A stretch of DNA of 62,160 bases, the filler included, from Globobulimina sp. (lineage: Eukaryota), in NCBI GenBank assembly GCA_003354225.1. It is 16 parts of 16 records of this genome, joined end to end, with 100 filler letters (N's around TTAATTAATTAA, not from the genome) between each part and the next. Parts side by side here need not be neighbours in the genome. Positions count along the whole stretch, not along the records: positions 50,601 to 54,388 come from PIVH01002092.1; positions 54,489 to 58,275 come from PIVH01002093.1; positions 58,376 to 62,160 come from PIVH01002094.1; 13 more parts are not named here. One strand, given 5' to 3'. The position numbers and the translations under genes are program-made. A model generated the notes under the pieces. That model saw only the letters and a program-made list of their open reading frames with translations, was not told the DNA's origin and did no database searches. Positions 50,601-62,160 of this stretch are shown here, one piece after another. Positions within the stretch are counted from its first letter, which is position 1. Each line of letters starts with the position of its first letter.

Positions 50601-52923
50601 TACTGTCTCTGCTGCTTGTATCCCTAAATAATTTCTCTCAAATTTAATATTAATTCGTGAAATATAATCTGCACTCATTTTATTATGTACTTGCACAATC
50701 ATAACAGCTCTGTCATGTTCGCGTTTAAATCCAACATTCATCTCCAATCCTTCTCCTTTATTACTATCAAATGCCGTCGTCAATGGCGTCTCAAATCCGC
50801 CCAATAAATCAGCAAATGCCCAAATATTTTCATCACTTGATTTATCATCACATGCTTTGTTATCAGTATCAAATTCCTTTTCATCGTACAAATTGCCTCT
50901 GGTTAGATGCGCATCCAATGCCCAAATATACCGATTCGGCATATGACTGGCAAGCGATTCAGGAATATCCAGCACCATATCTTGAAATATCTGCCTGCAA
51001 TGGGTTGCCTCACACAACACATAATGACTGCCATCATACTTTTTGGCAAGTTTGGCGCTTCCGGTAATCAGTGGATTATCCATTACATCCTGAAACTCTT
51101 TAAATCCGCGAGCTAAATTATGCCATGTATTGGAGAATGCGCCTGATAAATTACGTGCATGTGTGGTTTTATATTTTGTCTTTTCCTCATCATTGCTGGT
51201 TTCTTTGTCCTTTATACGCATCAAAACCTTCCTTCTTTCTACAACATTCGTTGTCAGACAGCATTTAGGGACAAACCATAATATCTCTCCCAACGGAAAT
51301 AGCTCATCATTTGGCTGCGGTGTCTCCGTTTCTTTTAACAGTTTGAGAAATTTCAAAGATTGTTGCATAGCCACTGGCACATCCAAAAAATTGCGAATTG
51401 CGGGTAATGCCAAAATATCTTTATTAGACACTAAATATTGCAGATACGCTGTTAATTGCTGTGGGGAAGTTTGTTTTGTTGGAAATGCCGGCAATTTAAC
51501 ATCTTTGCTGGGTGTCACAGCTTGTAACATATTGTTTAATTTTTTGAATTCATTATACCGTTTTACCACAGTCCATGTATTATAATTATCTTTTAATTCA
51601 AAGGTATATTCATCTGAATGCTTATTTGCATTATGTTCATATTTAATAAATGAACAGTGCAACTTCAAAATATCAGCGTCATTGTCCTCTTTCCCTTCAG
51701 TTTCCGTCATATCATTTAAATCCATCATTAAATTTTTAATTGTATTTTTATCGCAACTCATCAACATATCGAGTCTACAATTTTGTTTTTTCATTGATTC
51801 CAATGACAATCTTGTCACTAAATCAGTTGTCAATGCAACAGAGGTTATATAGTCTTCGCCAATTTTGTTATCCACAAAAGCTTTTGACACAACCGGTGGT
51901 GACGCAAATGCTGACAGCAAACAGCAAAATAAATATTTTAATGTGTCATATAGATTGGAAATGAAACATACCATACACTTTTAAATCATTTTGCGTGTGA
52001 ATAACCGGGTGATTTCTATACATAAACCCTAAGCATGCAGCAACGCCGGCGCCTAATGAGTGGCCAGTGATTATTAACTGATACGTCTTATATGCATGGC
52101 ACGTATCAACCAATTTGTTGGTCACTTTATCAAACACGAAACGCGTCGCCGCCATGATACCTTCATGCACATATCCATCGATACCGAATGCGGAATATTG
52201 CTTTGAGACCGCATTAACATCGGTCAATGCATCAGAAAGTGAGCTGGAACCACGTATTGAAACAATAATTTTGCTTTGTTGATGGTCGACACATAAATAA
52301 AATGCGGGTTGATGCGTTGCATTGGGCAAAATTAAATGATTGGAACAGTTATCAACGATAACGTCCTTTTCGTCAATTTGGAATGCTGATTTTAATATTT
52401 TTTTATTTGATTTTAAAGCGTACGCAACGTCACTCTTTAAGCCCATGAAGCAGATAAACATTGGGGGATAGGCTGCGATGGCATGGCGTACAGCATATTT
52501 TAAGTCGTTTATCCTGCTTTTTGAAGAAAGCATATTTATTGGTTTTAGTTGGTTATAGGGTGGATATGATATATCGCATCGATGACATAATTTGCCCCAT
52601 AACGTCGCTGCTGTTCTTTGTTTGGATGTCCGCAATCTTGAAATCATATTTTCACCTAACAGTAAAACATGGAGATAATTGATAGAGATTGTTTTCTTAT
52701 ATGGGATATATGACTGTGACGTACCTGATATTTGCTTCCATAATTTAGTTAATATCTGCTTACCGCCTTTATCGGAGAGTGATCCATCAACAATATCATC
52801 AAACCATTGCATGTCGGTATTTCCATCTTCTGTTAATAATGGTTTTTCTGTTGAATCTTCTTTTTGTTTTTGTTTTGAATCTTTCCGTTTGTGTTTATTG
52901 CCTCCAAACCAAGAAAATGCCAT
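50601..52923 (-). CDS. Class-3 (DAG-lipase-like) lipase with PX domain and beta-adaptin-appendage-like C-terminus, 3'-truncated
   Basis: IVSIRGS, VHEGI, ITGHSLGAG, YAFASPP (across intron 51971..51911), DLVTRLS. PX motifs WTVVKRYNEFKKLNNML..LPAFP..YLQYL..FL. C-terminal GLEMNVGF...KFERNYLG. Confidence 0.85.
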
Positions 52924-53098
52924 TATAAAAAAGACTTTTTTGTTGGACTGATTCTGATTTTAATACAAATATAGAGCGCACACAAATTTCCGCCCCAACG
53001 AGAAACAAAAAACTGAGTACATTCCCTTGCAAAAAAAAACAGGAAAATTCGTCAATTTGTCTTGATAAATAGTTGTCGATGTACTGCAGTGCATTACG

Positions 53099-54187
53099 CT
53101 AATCCTCATGCGATGCCTCCTCGCCATCACTCCTTACATCCGTTACTTGCCCGCCACTCAATTTATTTTGAATGACTTTCAATATCAATCTAAACCAATA
53201 AATATGTATTCCCTGCAAAACACAAAGAAACAATACATTAACAACAGCAAATACTAACCATGAGCCATCATTCCATATCGTATAAATACCACAAACCGCA
53301 ATGGAATACAACAACTTATAGCAAAAAAAGTACATTCGAAATATGATCCAGGATAACAAGAAAAACACGAAAAAAATATCCGCGCCTAATTGAAATGATA
53401 TATATGTACAAAGTTTGCCGCCCTCCAAAAATATATCACTGTACTCATGAATGGCTAATGTGATACAGCCAGTTCTTAACTTTCCTGCGACGAATGAACA
53501 GACCATTAAACACAAAGTGATCCAATGATGAATAAATAATGCAATGAAATCCTTCCGCTTCGGATTATAAAATTGAGTGATTGCGCGATTTAAATGATAT
53601 CCAAAAGAGATTATATAATACCACAATATATACGCATCATATTGCTGTATCAATGGCTCATTTGTATGATTTATATCACATTGAAGATCAGAAGCAGTGT
53701 CTCCAAAATGTATCCATTGTTTCCAATGATTCATAAAGAAATCGTTCCGAACGTAACAAATATAAATGCCATACAAGGAAATTGGAATAATAGCAATTAA
53801 TTTGAAGATAGCTTCTAAGAATTTGTCAGTTTGAACATCGAATTGTTTATAGGCAATGAAATATGATTTCAATGCACGGATTTGATGGGATGTAAGATGT
53901 AGGTTTGGTAAATTGGTCACGCGATCATGGAGTTTGGCAAATTCTTTCTCGTTTAATGCGTCCATTGAACGCATGATTTCGTTGTATGTTTGCATATTTT
54001 TATCTTTATTGAGCCATTCAGGTTTAGATAAATGGATTTTTTGTCTGGTAATTCGATTTGCTGTGGAGCTAAAATAATAATTCACAATTATTCGGATGAG
54101 AGCAATGACAATAGCCACGAATACAGATGGCCATAATTGTAGTGGATTTAATAGGATTCGAAACTCTGCTCTACCCAACGAAACCAT
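53099..54187 (-). CDS. Ceramide synthase (LAG1/CerS family)
   Basis: Lag1 motif RKDFIALFIHHWITLCL...LAIHEYSDIFLE; HIYWFRLI; C-terminal DVRSDGEE. Confidence 0.92.
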   Translation of the reverse strand: MVSLGRAEFRILLNPLQLWPSVFVAIVIALIRIIVNYYFSSTANRITRQKIHLSKPEWLNKDKNMQTYNEIMRSMDALNEKEFAKLHDRVTNLPNLHLTSHQIRALKSYFIAYKQFDVQTDKFLEAIFKLIAIIPISLYGIYICYVRNDFFMNHWKQWIHFGDTASDLQCDINHTNEPLIQQYDAYILWYYIISFGYHLNRAITQFYNPKRKDFIALFIHHWITLCLMVCSFVAGKLRTGCITLAIHEYSDIFLEGGKLCTYISFQLGADIFFVFFLLSWIIFRMYFFCYKLLYSIAVCGIYTIWNDGSWLVFAVVNVLFLCVLQGIHIYWFRLILKVIQNKLSGGQVTDVRSDGEEASHED

Positions 54188-54488
54188 GATAGAAATCGCA
54201 AACTTGCTGTTTTCAGCAGACTCAGGTACTTTTTTTCTCTGTTCTTTTCTCTGACATGCTGATGCTCCGAATTGACTACTGCCAATTAAGTTCGGAGGTT
54301 AAACATTCGAAAGCATGTCACCTTTACAGTCACTTCTAGCCGAGATTGGATTTTTAAACTACGATAGCGGTTTACATACGAAACATCTNNNNNNNNNNNN
54401 NNNNNNNNNNNNNNNNNNNNNNNNNNNNNNNNTTAATTAATTAANNNNNNNNNNNNNNNNNNNNNNNNNNNNNNNNNNNNNNNNNNNN

Positions 54489-56205
54489 CATCGGACTAGC
54501 TAGCGGAGATCGAACAGCATCATTAATGGTCAGATCGTGGACATTCAAAATACGAGAAAACTGGTTATGATGACGAGGTGATAGGTTTCGTGGTGACTGG
54601 ACCCGCGGACTGGAAGAGGTATTATCGACATGATGGTGTAATGGATTATTAGTGCTATCACTGTCTATGCGGTAAACACCATCCTTTATCGAAGTGAAAG
54701 TGGTCGCAAACCGTTGTGCTTCCTTGGTAAATAGGGAAGAGTCTGATTGTTGGTCGTCAGACGATGTCGTTACACGGGGGTCAATGTGGTTAGGTTTAAT
54801 ACGAACGGTTGTAATATCTGCATCATTATGATTTGCTCGCTGGCCAATAACAGTAAAAGGAGAGTGGAATATGCGTGGTTGGGACGGAAATGCATGTGAT
54901 ACATTTTCAAAATTGTGGGAATATGACTGGCGAATTGGAGAAGATTCATTGTCGACGAATATAATCTTCGACGGACTGGAGCTGTTTTCGGACGCGGTCA
55001 TTGATTCAATATGTTGTGCGGAATCTGACTGCGTAGAATGATCTGAATGTAATATATAAGGTTTGGGAGATTGCAAATCAAAAACGGATTGGTTGATGGT
55101 CGGATCATCCGTACTTTGCGGGGGAGAGCGGGGACCATTATCGAGAAAATCTAACATATCAACGGTATCGTCGGAGAGCGGTCCATTATCCAACGAATCT
55201 AATAACCGCTGTGTATCATTAACTAAGTCTTGCGTGTCGTCGACGGGCGAAGCGCGTAAATCGACTGCTAAATTATGAATAGATGTATGTGGAGAAGAAG
55301 GGGACTTAATCGGTGTCCGTAAGAAATGAGGAATGGTCTGGACATTTGATTGAATACTGTTGCTGCACCGTGCTTGTTGTGTACCACTCCTATTCAAAAT
55401 ACCATGATTGTAAGTCAGCGACGCTGGAGGATGCGGTTGCGAATTAGCGTCATCACTGCGCTGCAAAGGCACTGGTTGGTGCATGTTAAGGGAATAAATC
55501 TTGTTTAATGCCATCGTTGTTAACGCCGCCTCATTCATGTTATTTTCGTTCAATTTGTCCAGGTTAATACGGGATAAATTACGGCCGCATTTCTTCCGAA
55601 ATTTATGGAGAGTACGAACGTCTAATTCATGGACCAATTTCATACAGTTTAATTCGGCAAAATTCGCGGCATAAATCAAAAATGTCTTATTAATGCGAGC
55701 TAATCGTAAATGTTTCCAGTACAGCTGCGCTAATTTAATCTTGATCGGCACAAATTCGGAACAATTCCTTCAAATAAGCTTTCGCCAAACGGTTAGTCGT
55801 AATACCTAACAGAAAATAGAAGGATTTATTTAAATTGTTGCTATTCAATAATTTGGGTTTGCAAATCTTGCGAAGGTCGAAGATATCGACGTTTTTATGT
55901 TTAAATAATAACAAATTATTAATGTGATGTGTTAATCGCAATATTTTATAATAACATTTACGATAAAGTTTGAGGAGCCGGAACATATTATCCGGGATTG
56001 ATAATGGTGGACTAAAATTAGATAAAGGTTTAACTATGAATTTATCTCTGCACATTTTAGCATTCGAGTATCTTCTCATCGAAAGGGATATATTAATACG
56101 GTGAGGGAGTTTCCTCCATGAATAATAACAGTGATCTACAGATCGGGCGCATCTTAATACTTTGTGGAATAAATCCATTGTATTTGTCCTAATGTTACTA
56201 CGCAT
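54489..56205 (-). CDS. Putative PLE ORF N-terminal region, +1 frameshift near 55750, 3'-truncated
   Basis: ORFs 56205-55735 and 55751-54489 overlap by 17 nt; a basic region is followed by an S/P/D-rich disordered region. Confidence 0.5.
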
Positions 56206-56382
56206 ACTGCCGCGGTATAGCCAAAACTAAATAATCAGGTTCTGAATTCGCTCAATTTATAGAGAATCTAAAGAGAGAAACGATAATCCAGGCGCTGGGA
56301 GAATTTGATTTTTATTTCTTTGTTTTGTGGTGTTTGGTTCTAGAGATGGCTAAGTTTAGAACAGTTTATTTGAGAGTTTAAT

Positions 56383-56421
56383 AACCGACGTTTCGGCAAA
56401 ATTGATGCCTTTTTCGAGGTT
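56383..56421 (-). ncRNA. Minimal type-I hammerhead ribozyme variant
   Basis: AACC-UCGAAAA-A-GGCA-UCAAUUU-UGCC-GAAA-CG-UC/GGUU: stem I AACC/GGUU, stem II GGCA/UGCC, palindromic minimal stem III, GUC cleavage triplet. Confidence 0.75.
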
Positions 56422-56988
56422 TAAATTGAAGTTTAAAGTGTAAAAAGTTTTTGTATTATACAAAAAACTTAACACAAAAAAGTATATACTGTGCAATATA
56501 GGATGTGACAAACAAAACAAAAAGATAGATACAAAAGTAAAAATAAAATATTGGAACTAATAATATGAGAAAAACAAATAAAATATATAGAACCAATCAA
56601 TATAATGCAAATAAACCATATATAAATCGAATAATAGGGTAAAATTTATGATAATATTATAAAATAATAAGCCAAAGGCCCCAAAGGATGCAAAGCGAAT
56701 TTTAAACAAAAATAACATGAAAAAGAAGGAAAATAATATAAAAGGAAATGGCTGACAATAGAACCCAACGAAAGAGATGAAACAAAAGAAAAAAGAAAAG
56801 GAGAGAGAGATGGTTGAGAAATACTGAGAGCAGCAACAAAATAGGCAGTACAGACAAAGGGGCCGTTGGTTAGTAAAAAATACAGACAGATAATATCGAA
56901 AAAATATTTCTAAATATAATAGAGAGAAAATTTGTAAACAAAAAGTCAGATATAAAAAGAAAAAGAAGTATGGGAGGACAAAATCGAC

Positions 56989-58275
56989 TTAATCAACATC
57001 CTCCAATTCACTATACTTCTCATCAACGCCGTGGGCGTCGGAACCAGAGTCAAAATGGCTGTCAAACTGTATGGTATTAATAAAATTCTCAGCAAAAAAT
57101 TGATCATCAATATTTTCAGAATCAGAATCACATGGAATCGTCAGATTTGGTGCGGGCTCATTGGTAGAACCGCCCAAAATATGATCGCGGAAATCTATAT
57201 AGTCCAATCGCTGGGAAACAGGCACCGAATAATTAAATGGATTGCTAATATGATTGTAATTATCCGAGGCATTGGCAATGACCGCTGGGTCTGGATTTAA
57301 TATGTTTGTATCAATGGGTGGCATCGAATTATCAGTAATTGCGGGTGAATTGGTATGATCATCAGATAAATCAGCAGAAGTAATGGAGTGTGGCATGTCA
57401 TCGGTGTTAGACGTTGGTGGACAATGATTAACTGAGATAAAGGATTGGTTGGAAAGATTTTTGAGATATAATGTCAGATCCGAGCGATTAAGGGTATGAT
57501 TGAGGCGATTATGATTAAAATGAGTGTTGGGGGAATTGTTGGGGACATTATTGGTGATATCGGAGGAACCATCGTCGTTCATCACAATATTCTTCATTTC
57601 ATCCAAATCAAAGGGATCGAAGTAAGAATCCGAATCACTAAAACCGGAGGGGTCTGCTGGTGTTGTTGGGGGAGGTTGGGGTAATAACAGAGTTGAGCTA
57701 ACCGCAATATTGTTGACATCCACAGCTTCCAAACGGTGGAACAAAGCCTGGCTTTCAAAATTGAAAATATCCTGAATACCAATCCGTTTTTGTGATGTAA
57801 ATGCTTGTAATCTCCGGATATTTAATTTAAAATTTGATAGGCGGACTGCATCGGAATCAATCATTGCTTGGTCCACTTTATATTTAAAATCCGAGGTAAA
57901 AGTATCAATTTTCTTGAAGTCGCCCATGCCATTCATACCATTATAGACAGAACACATTTGGGCGTGATAATATTTCTCATTGGCACATAAAATCGCTTCG
58001 TTCCAAGAGCGAGTGATCTTATTCGCTTGTCGGAACCCAAAAATACGATAAAACTTCAACGGGTCTTTGCCAGTATGTGTATGGCATTTAGTGCCATCTA
58101 AGCCCGTAAAGTGCAATATATCGCGCGTATAATTGTTATTGAGGAGCGTTGCGATAACTCCTTTTAAAATCACTGAATTATTTTGAATGAGGGCGCCTTT
58201 CGCATCGTAAAATCCTTTCGAATCTAAATCAGAGTAAATGCGACGTATACAATTAATATGTTCATTGTTACGATC
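56989..58275 (-). CDS. PLE ORF C-terminus: GIY-YIG endonuclease C-half plus acidic disordered tail
   Basis: Open from the contig edge: DRNNEHI...HFTG...CH...FYRIFG...RSWNEAIL...YNGMN, matching the RxxEH...H..H...R...E...GxN pattern. Confidence 0.7.
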   Translation of the reverse strand, partial: DRNNEHINCIRRIYSDLDSKGFYDAKGALIQNNSVILKGVIATLLNNNYTRDILHFTGLDGTKCHTHTGKDPLKFYRIFGFRQANKITRSWNEAILCANEKYYHAQMCSVYNGMNGMGDFKKIDTFTSDFKYKVDQAMIDSDAVRLSNFKLNIRRLQAFTSQKRIGIQDIFNFESQALFHRLEAVDVNNIAVSSTLLLPQPPPTTPADPSGFSDSDSYFDPFDLDEMKNIVMNDDGSSDITNNVPNNSPNTHFNHNRLNHTLNRSDLTLYLKNLSNQSFISVNHCPPTSNTDDMPHSITSADLSDDHTNSPAITDNSMPPIDTNILNPDPAVIANASDNYNHISNPFNYSVPVSQRLDYIDFRDHILGGSTNEPAPNLTIPCDSDSENIDDQFFAENFINTIQFDSHFDSGSDAHGVDEKYSELEDVD

Positions 58276-58376
58276 NNNNNNNNNNNNNNNNNNNNNNNNN
58301 NNNNNNNNNNNNNNNNNNNTTAATTAATTAANNNNNNNNNNNNNNNNNNNNNNNNNNNNNNNNNNNNNNNNNNNNA

Positions 58377-61300
58377 AATCCGAATGAATTATATGTATTG
58401 AGACATTGCAAAAATTCAGATTCGGCATCATTACATACTGCCATTCGGAAAGAAAATGTTGAAATTGTCAACTTATTATTAAAAGCCGGTGCCGATACAA
58501 ACCAGATAATGATCCGAGAAAATAGTGAAAAAGGTGAATTATTTCCTATTCATGTCGCTGTACAAAATAACAATATTCAAATTACACAAAATTTATTAAA
58601 ACATGCAGCGTCACCAAATAGCGAATTAAACGCAAAACGTACCATTTATGGAGATGTGGTACCAATTCATATTGCAGTCAGATTATCAAATTATTCATTG
58701 GTTCAATTATTATTATTATATGGCGCAAATCCAAATATTTTATTAAAGCCAAAAAAGGAAAATGAAATCATTTGGAAATGTAAATGCGATGCCGGTTATA
58801 AAGAGTATGATAAAACATTACAGATTTTAATTGAACAACGATATCAATCCTATAAATTAGAAAAGGAAAAAAAAGCAGATTGGCTCAAAGATATCGCAAA
58901 ATCCAATGTAAATTTGACTATTAAAAAAAAAGTTGATCAAGAAAAAATTAAACAATTTGACAATAAAATTAAACAAAAATCAATATTTTCTTTACGTTCG
59001 ACATTACCCACCTCACATTTTCATAAACATCGCGGATATTTTATTAATTTTGAATATTTACGACAAGAGAGAGAGAAGGGCGCAACACGAAAAGTGATGC
59101 GATATCAACATCCATTCGATATGCACGTCGATGGTGGCTCTTCGTTGTGGATGGCCGTCAGACAAAGAGATTTACAGATTGTATCATTATTAGTTGATTA
59201 TCATTGCGATATGAACAGTACAAATGTTTACGGGCAAACCCCTCTCATTTATGCCATTCAACAAAACGATTTGACTCTGGCTGCCATATTAATGCGAGGT
59301 GCTATTTATTATAATGATAAATATAAAGAGAAAATCATTCGTGGTATTAAACGAAGACCGCAATTGCTTGATGACGAGGACGAGGACGAGGATGAGGATG
59401 AGGATGACTGTAAAATGAAAGAAATAACACCAAGGAAAAAAAGACCACGGTCTGAATCAAGGTTTGATAATAAATCGCCAACGAAAAAAAGAAAAACATC
59501 ATCAAATACAATGGTATGTATTCAAGACGAAGAAGCTGGAGAAATTGAAGAATTTATTGCAATAAATGTCTGTTTGGGAGATGACATGGATGGATATTCT
59601 GCAATTCATCATTGTGTGATAACGGATGGTTGTTATAATGCGTCCTTTGAAAATGAAACAATGCTCCAATTATTGATAAATGGCGAAACCGGCCGAACGC
59701 AGCATTTCTTAGAAACAAAAGTAGACTGTTTATCGCCATTTAAAACTGAATTAAATGAGCAAGAATTAAAAGAAACTGATTTTACAAAACCACACCATTT
59801 TAAAAGTAAAGCTAATTTTGATATTGATATTGGTATTAAAAGTAAAGACAAATACGGCAATGAGGCAATATATTATTCATTATTGCAAAAATCCGGCAAA
59901 ATGCGAAAATGCTTAGAAAGTTTAGGGGCGCGCTTTGATGAAGAAACAAAAATTAAAGCTAGAAAAGCATTGAATGATAAAATGGAAAATGATAAAAAAG
60001 AGAAATTAAACGCATTAAAAGAATTATATGGCGCAGATATAGTAAATGGAGAGAGCTACGATGTATTAATGGATGCTAGAAATTGGAGAAAAGAGTTTTT
60101 CATTCAAGACGGAGAAGAGTCGAAAAATATTGATCATGAATGTGAAAAAATTGCAGTTGATTTTCCAGCAAAAAAAGAGATTGGTAAAAAAGGTTTTGTT
60201 TTGGTTGATGATGAGAACGGTGATATTTATAATTGGGATGGTTTGTATGTCAATGTAGATAGAGGCAAATACGGTGCATATATGTTTTACAAATTGCAAC
60301 TTTTATATAAGCCGATACAAAAACTGACGATATTGTGGTGCCGATGGGGCCGCCCTGGAGAGACTGGCAGTTTTCAACGGTCGCCATATCAAAAGAAACA
60401 GGATGCAATCAAAGAATTTAAAAAAATATTTGAATCAAAAACATTAAATTCGTGGGAAGATAGGTTGAGAGAGAAGTTTGTGCCAAAAAAATGGCGGATT
60501 GTGCGCAAAAAAAGAAGAAGATATTTATGTAAAAATAAAAATAAAAATGAAAAGGATAAAAAAACCCCACATAATTTAGTAAATTCAATAAAAGAAATAT
60601 TGCGCACATTGGCAAAAGAGGAGCGACCAACAACCCGATTACCAGAAGAAATTAGCAATTTTTTATATATAATATTTGATGTTGCAGCGTTTACGCAATC
60701 TCGACGAAGATTGGGACTAAGCGATGACTTATCCAATTTGGGCTATTTGGAAGATGAGGATTTAGATAAAAGTTACCAACTTATTCAAAATCTAAGTGAT
60801 TTGGTTCAACAGCAGGACGAGCAAAATATTAAAACACAGCTATTACAAAACAATAAATACAAAGTTGAAAAACAAATTCGTGAAAGAAATACAAAGCGAG
60901 AGCGAAATAAAAATATTGCTTTAAGAAATCAACAAAAATTACAACAAGACATCACACGCTTAAATGCAACAATTCGTTCATTAAAAACAAGAATAACAAG
61001 CATTGATAAACAAATTACAAAATTAAAAAGTGATCAACTTCCAGAAAATCAACAATTTGTAATACAGATAAAAAACACAAAAGAAAATTTAGAAAAAAAA
61101 GAAAACCAAAGAAAAGAAAAAGAATTGCAAGTAACGGAGAAAAAAATTGAGGAAGAAAAAAGAATAAATGAAGAAAAATCAATATTTTTACCATTGGATG
61201 AATCGGAAAAAGAGAAAATTAAAGAATTAGACGCTGAATTATCAGAATATAATAAATTAACAAAAGAAAGAAATAAAAAAATATCACATTTGTCAAATGA

Positions 61301-62160
61301 ATATTATTTATTAATGCCACGAAAAGAATTTCGAGACACATATATTACATCAATAAATCATCGGAGTTTGGTCAATAAATATTTGAAAATAATGATGAAT
61401 TTAAGCGAACATCAAATTGCAATCTCAACATTAATGGGTGCTCAATATCAATATTTAAATAATAAAAACATACATCCCATCGATTATTGTTATATATCAT
61501 TAAAATGTAAAATATTACCATTAAAAGCGAAATCATATGAATTTAAATTAATATTATCTTATATAAATCGCACAGCATCGCCATTAATAAAAGAGAAAAA
61601 ATTAAAAATATATGAAATATGGAAGGAAAATGAAGAAAAAAGATATTTAAAATACGAGAATTATTCAAATCGTATGCTGTTATGGCACGGTTCAGATACA
61701 TCAAATATTTGTGGTATTTTAAGTAAAGGATTAAAAATAGCGCCGCCAGAGGCCGATGCGACTGGTTATATGTTTGGAAAAGGTGTATATTTTGCCGATG
61801 CATTTCAAAAATCAAAAAATTACGCATCTACAGGAAATCAAAGGAATTCCTCAAATATTCGATGTTTGTTTTTATGTCAAGTTGCATTGGGAAAAATGTA
61901 TGAAGCCATCACTGCGGAATATATGGAAGAAGCCAAAAATGGATTTAATTCAACTAAAGGATTAGGGCAAAGAGGTCCAAATCCGTCTCATGTTAAAACG
62001 ACATTTAATGGAGAAATTATTCCTGATTCGCCGCCAATTGATTATCCACAAAGAACGACCAGAGATAAAGAGAATAATATTGTTCCTGTTCCATTCTTTT
62101 TAAATTGGAATGAATATGTTATTTACAATCAAGAACAAGCGAAATTGAAATATTTGATAA
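58377..62160 (+). CDS. Ankyrin-repeat - WGR - PARP-regulatory - PARP catalytic protein, partial at both ends (absent from the ORF track)
   Basis: One frame across the whole contig. Ankyrins (SLHTAIRKENVEIVNLLLKAGAD, GQTPLIYA); WGR (FYKLQLL..LWCRWGRPGETG..FKKIFESKT..W); LSNEYYLLMP; catalytic RMLLWHGS, GYMFGKGVYFAD, NEYVIY (H-Y-E triad). Confidence 0.95.

Larger units (their letters stand above)
54489..58275 (-). mobile_element. Penelope-like retroelement junction: GIY-YIG-bearing ORF end, 3'UTR with hammerhead, then start of the next ORF
   Basis: The upstream ORF has the C-terminal half of a GIY-YIG endonuclease, a minimal hammerhead lies in the spacer, and a second co-oriented intronless ORF follows. 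RT is not within the contig. Confidence 0.7.

Overview
This is not one continuous locus. It is 16 unrelated contigs of about 3.8 kb, sorted by decreasing length (3795 to 3785 bp) and joined by 100-bp artificial spacers (N44-TTAATTAATTAA-N44), so nothing can be inferred across a spacer. The DNA is eukaryotic: AT-rich, standard genetic code, short (mostly 54-95 nt) GT-AG introns, very compact intergenic regions. The gene-family style suggests a protist, possibly a foraminiferan or other rhizarian (inference only). Recognisable genes include ATG8 (5 exons, missed by the ORF track), proteasome beta1, SPCS3, an OSCA/TMEM63 channel, an ABCG transporter, a GH27 alpha-galactosidase, a ceramide synthase, a sulfotransferase and an ankyrin-WGR-PARP (also missed). 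Mobile DNA includes an APE-type LINE 5' half, a Penelope-like tandem junction with a variant hammerhead ribozyme, a putative DNA transposase carrying a linker-histone domain, and a foldback element. The most unusual observations are: an SRP-RNA S-domain hairpin apparently lacking helix 6; the U3:A8 hammerhead variant; a lipase with an internal PX domain and a beta-adaptin ear; a calcineurin-A calmodulin-binding segment inside a vWA protein; and an MJ1316-Nudix fusion. All family assignments are from motif recognition by eye, not database searches.
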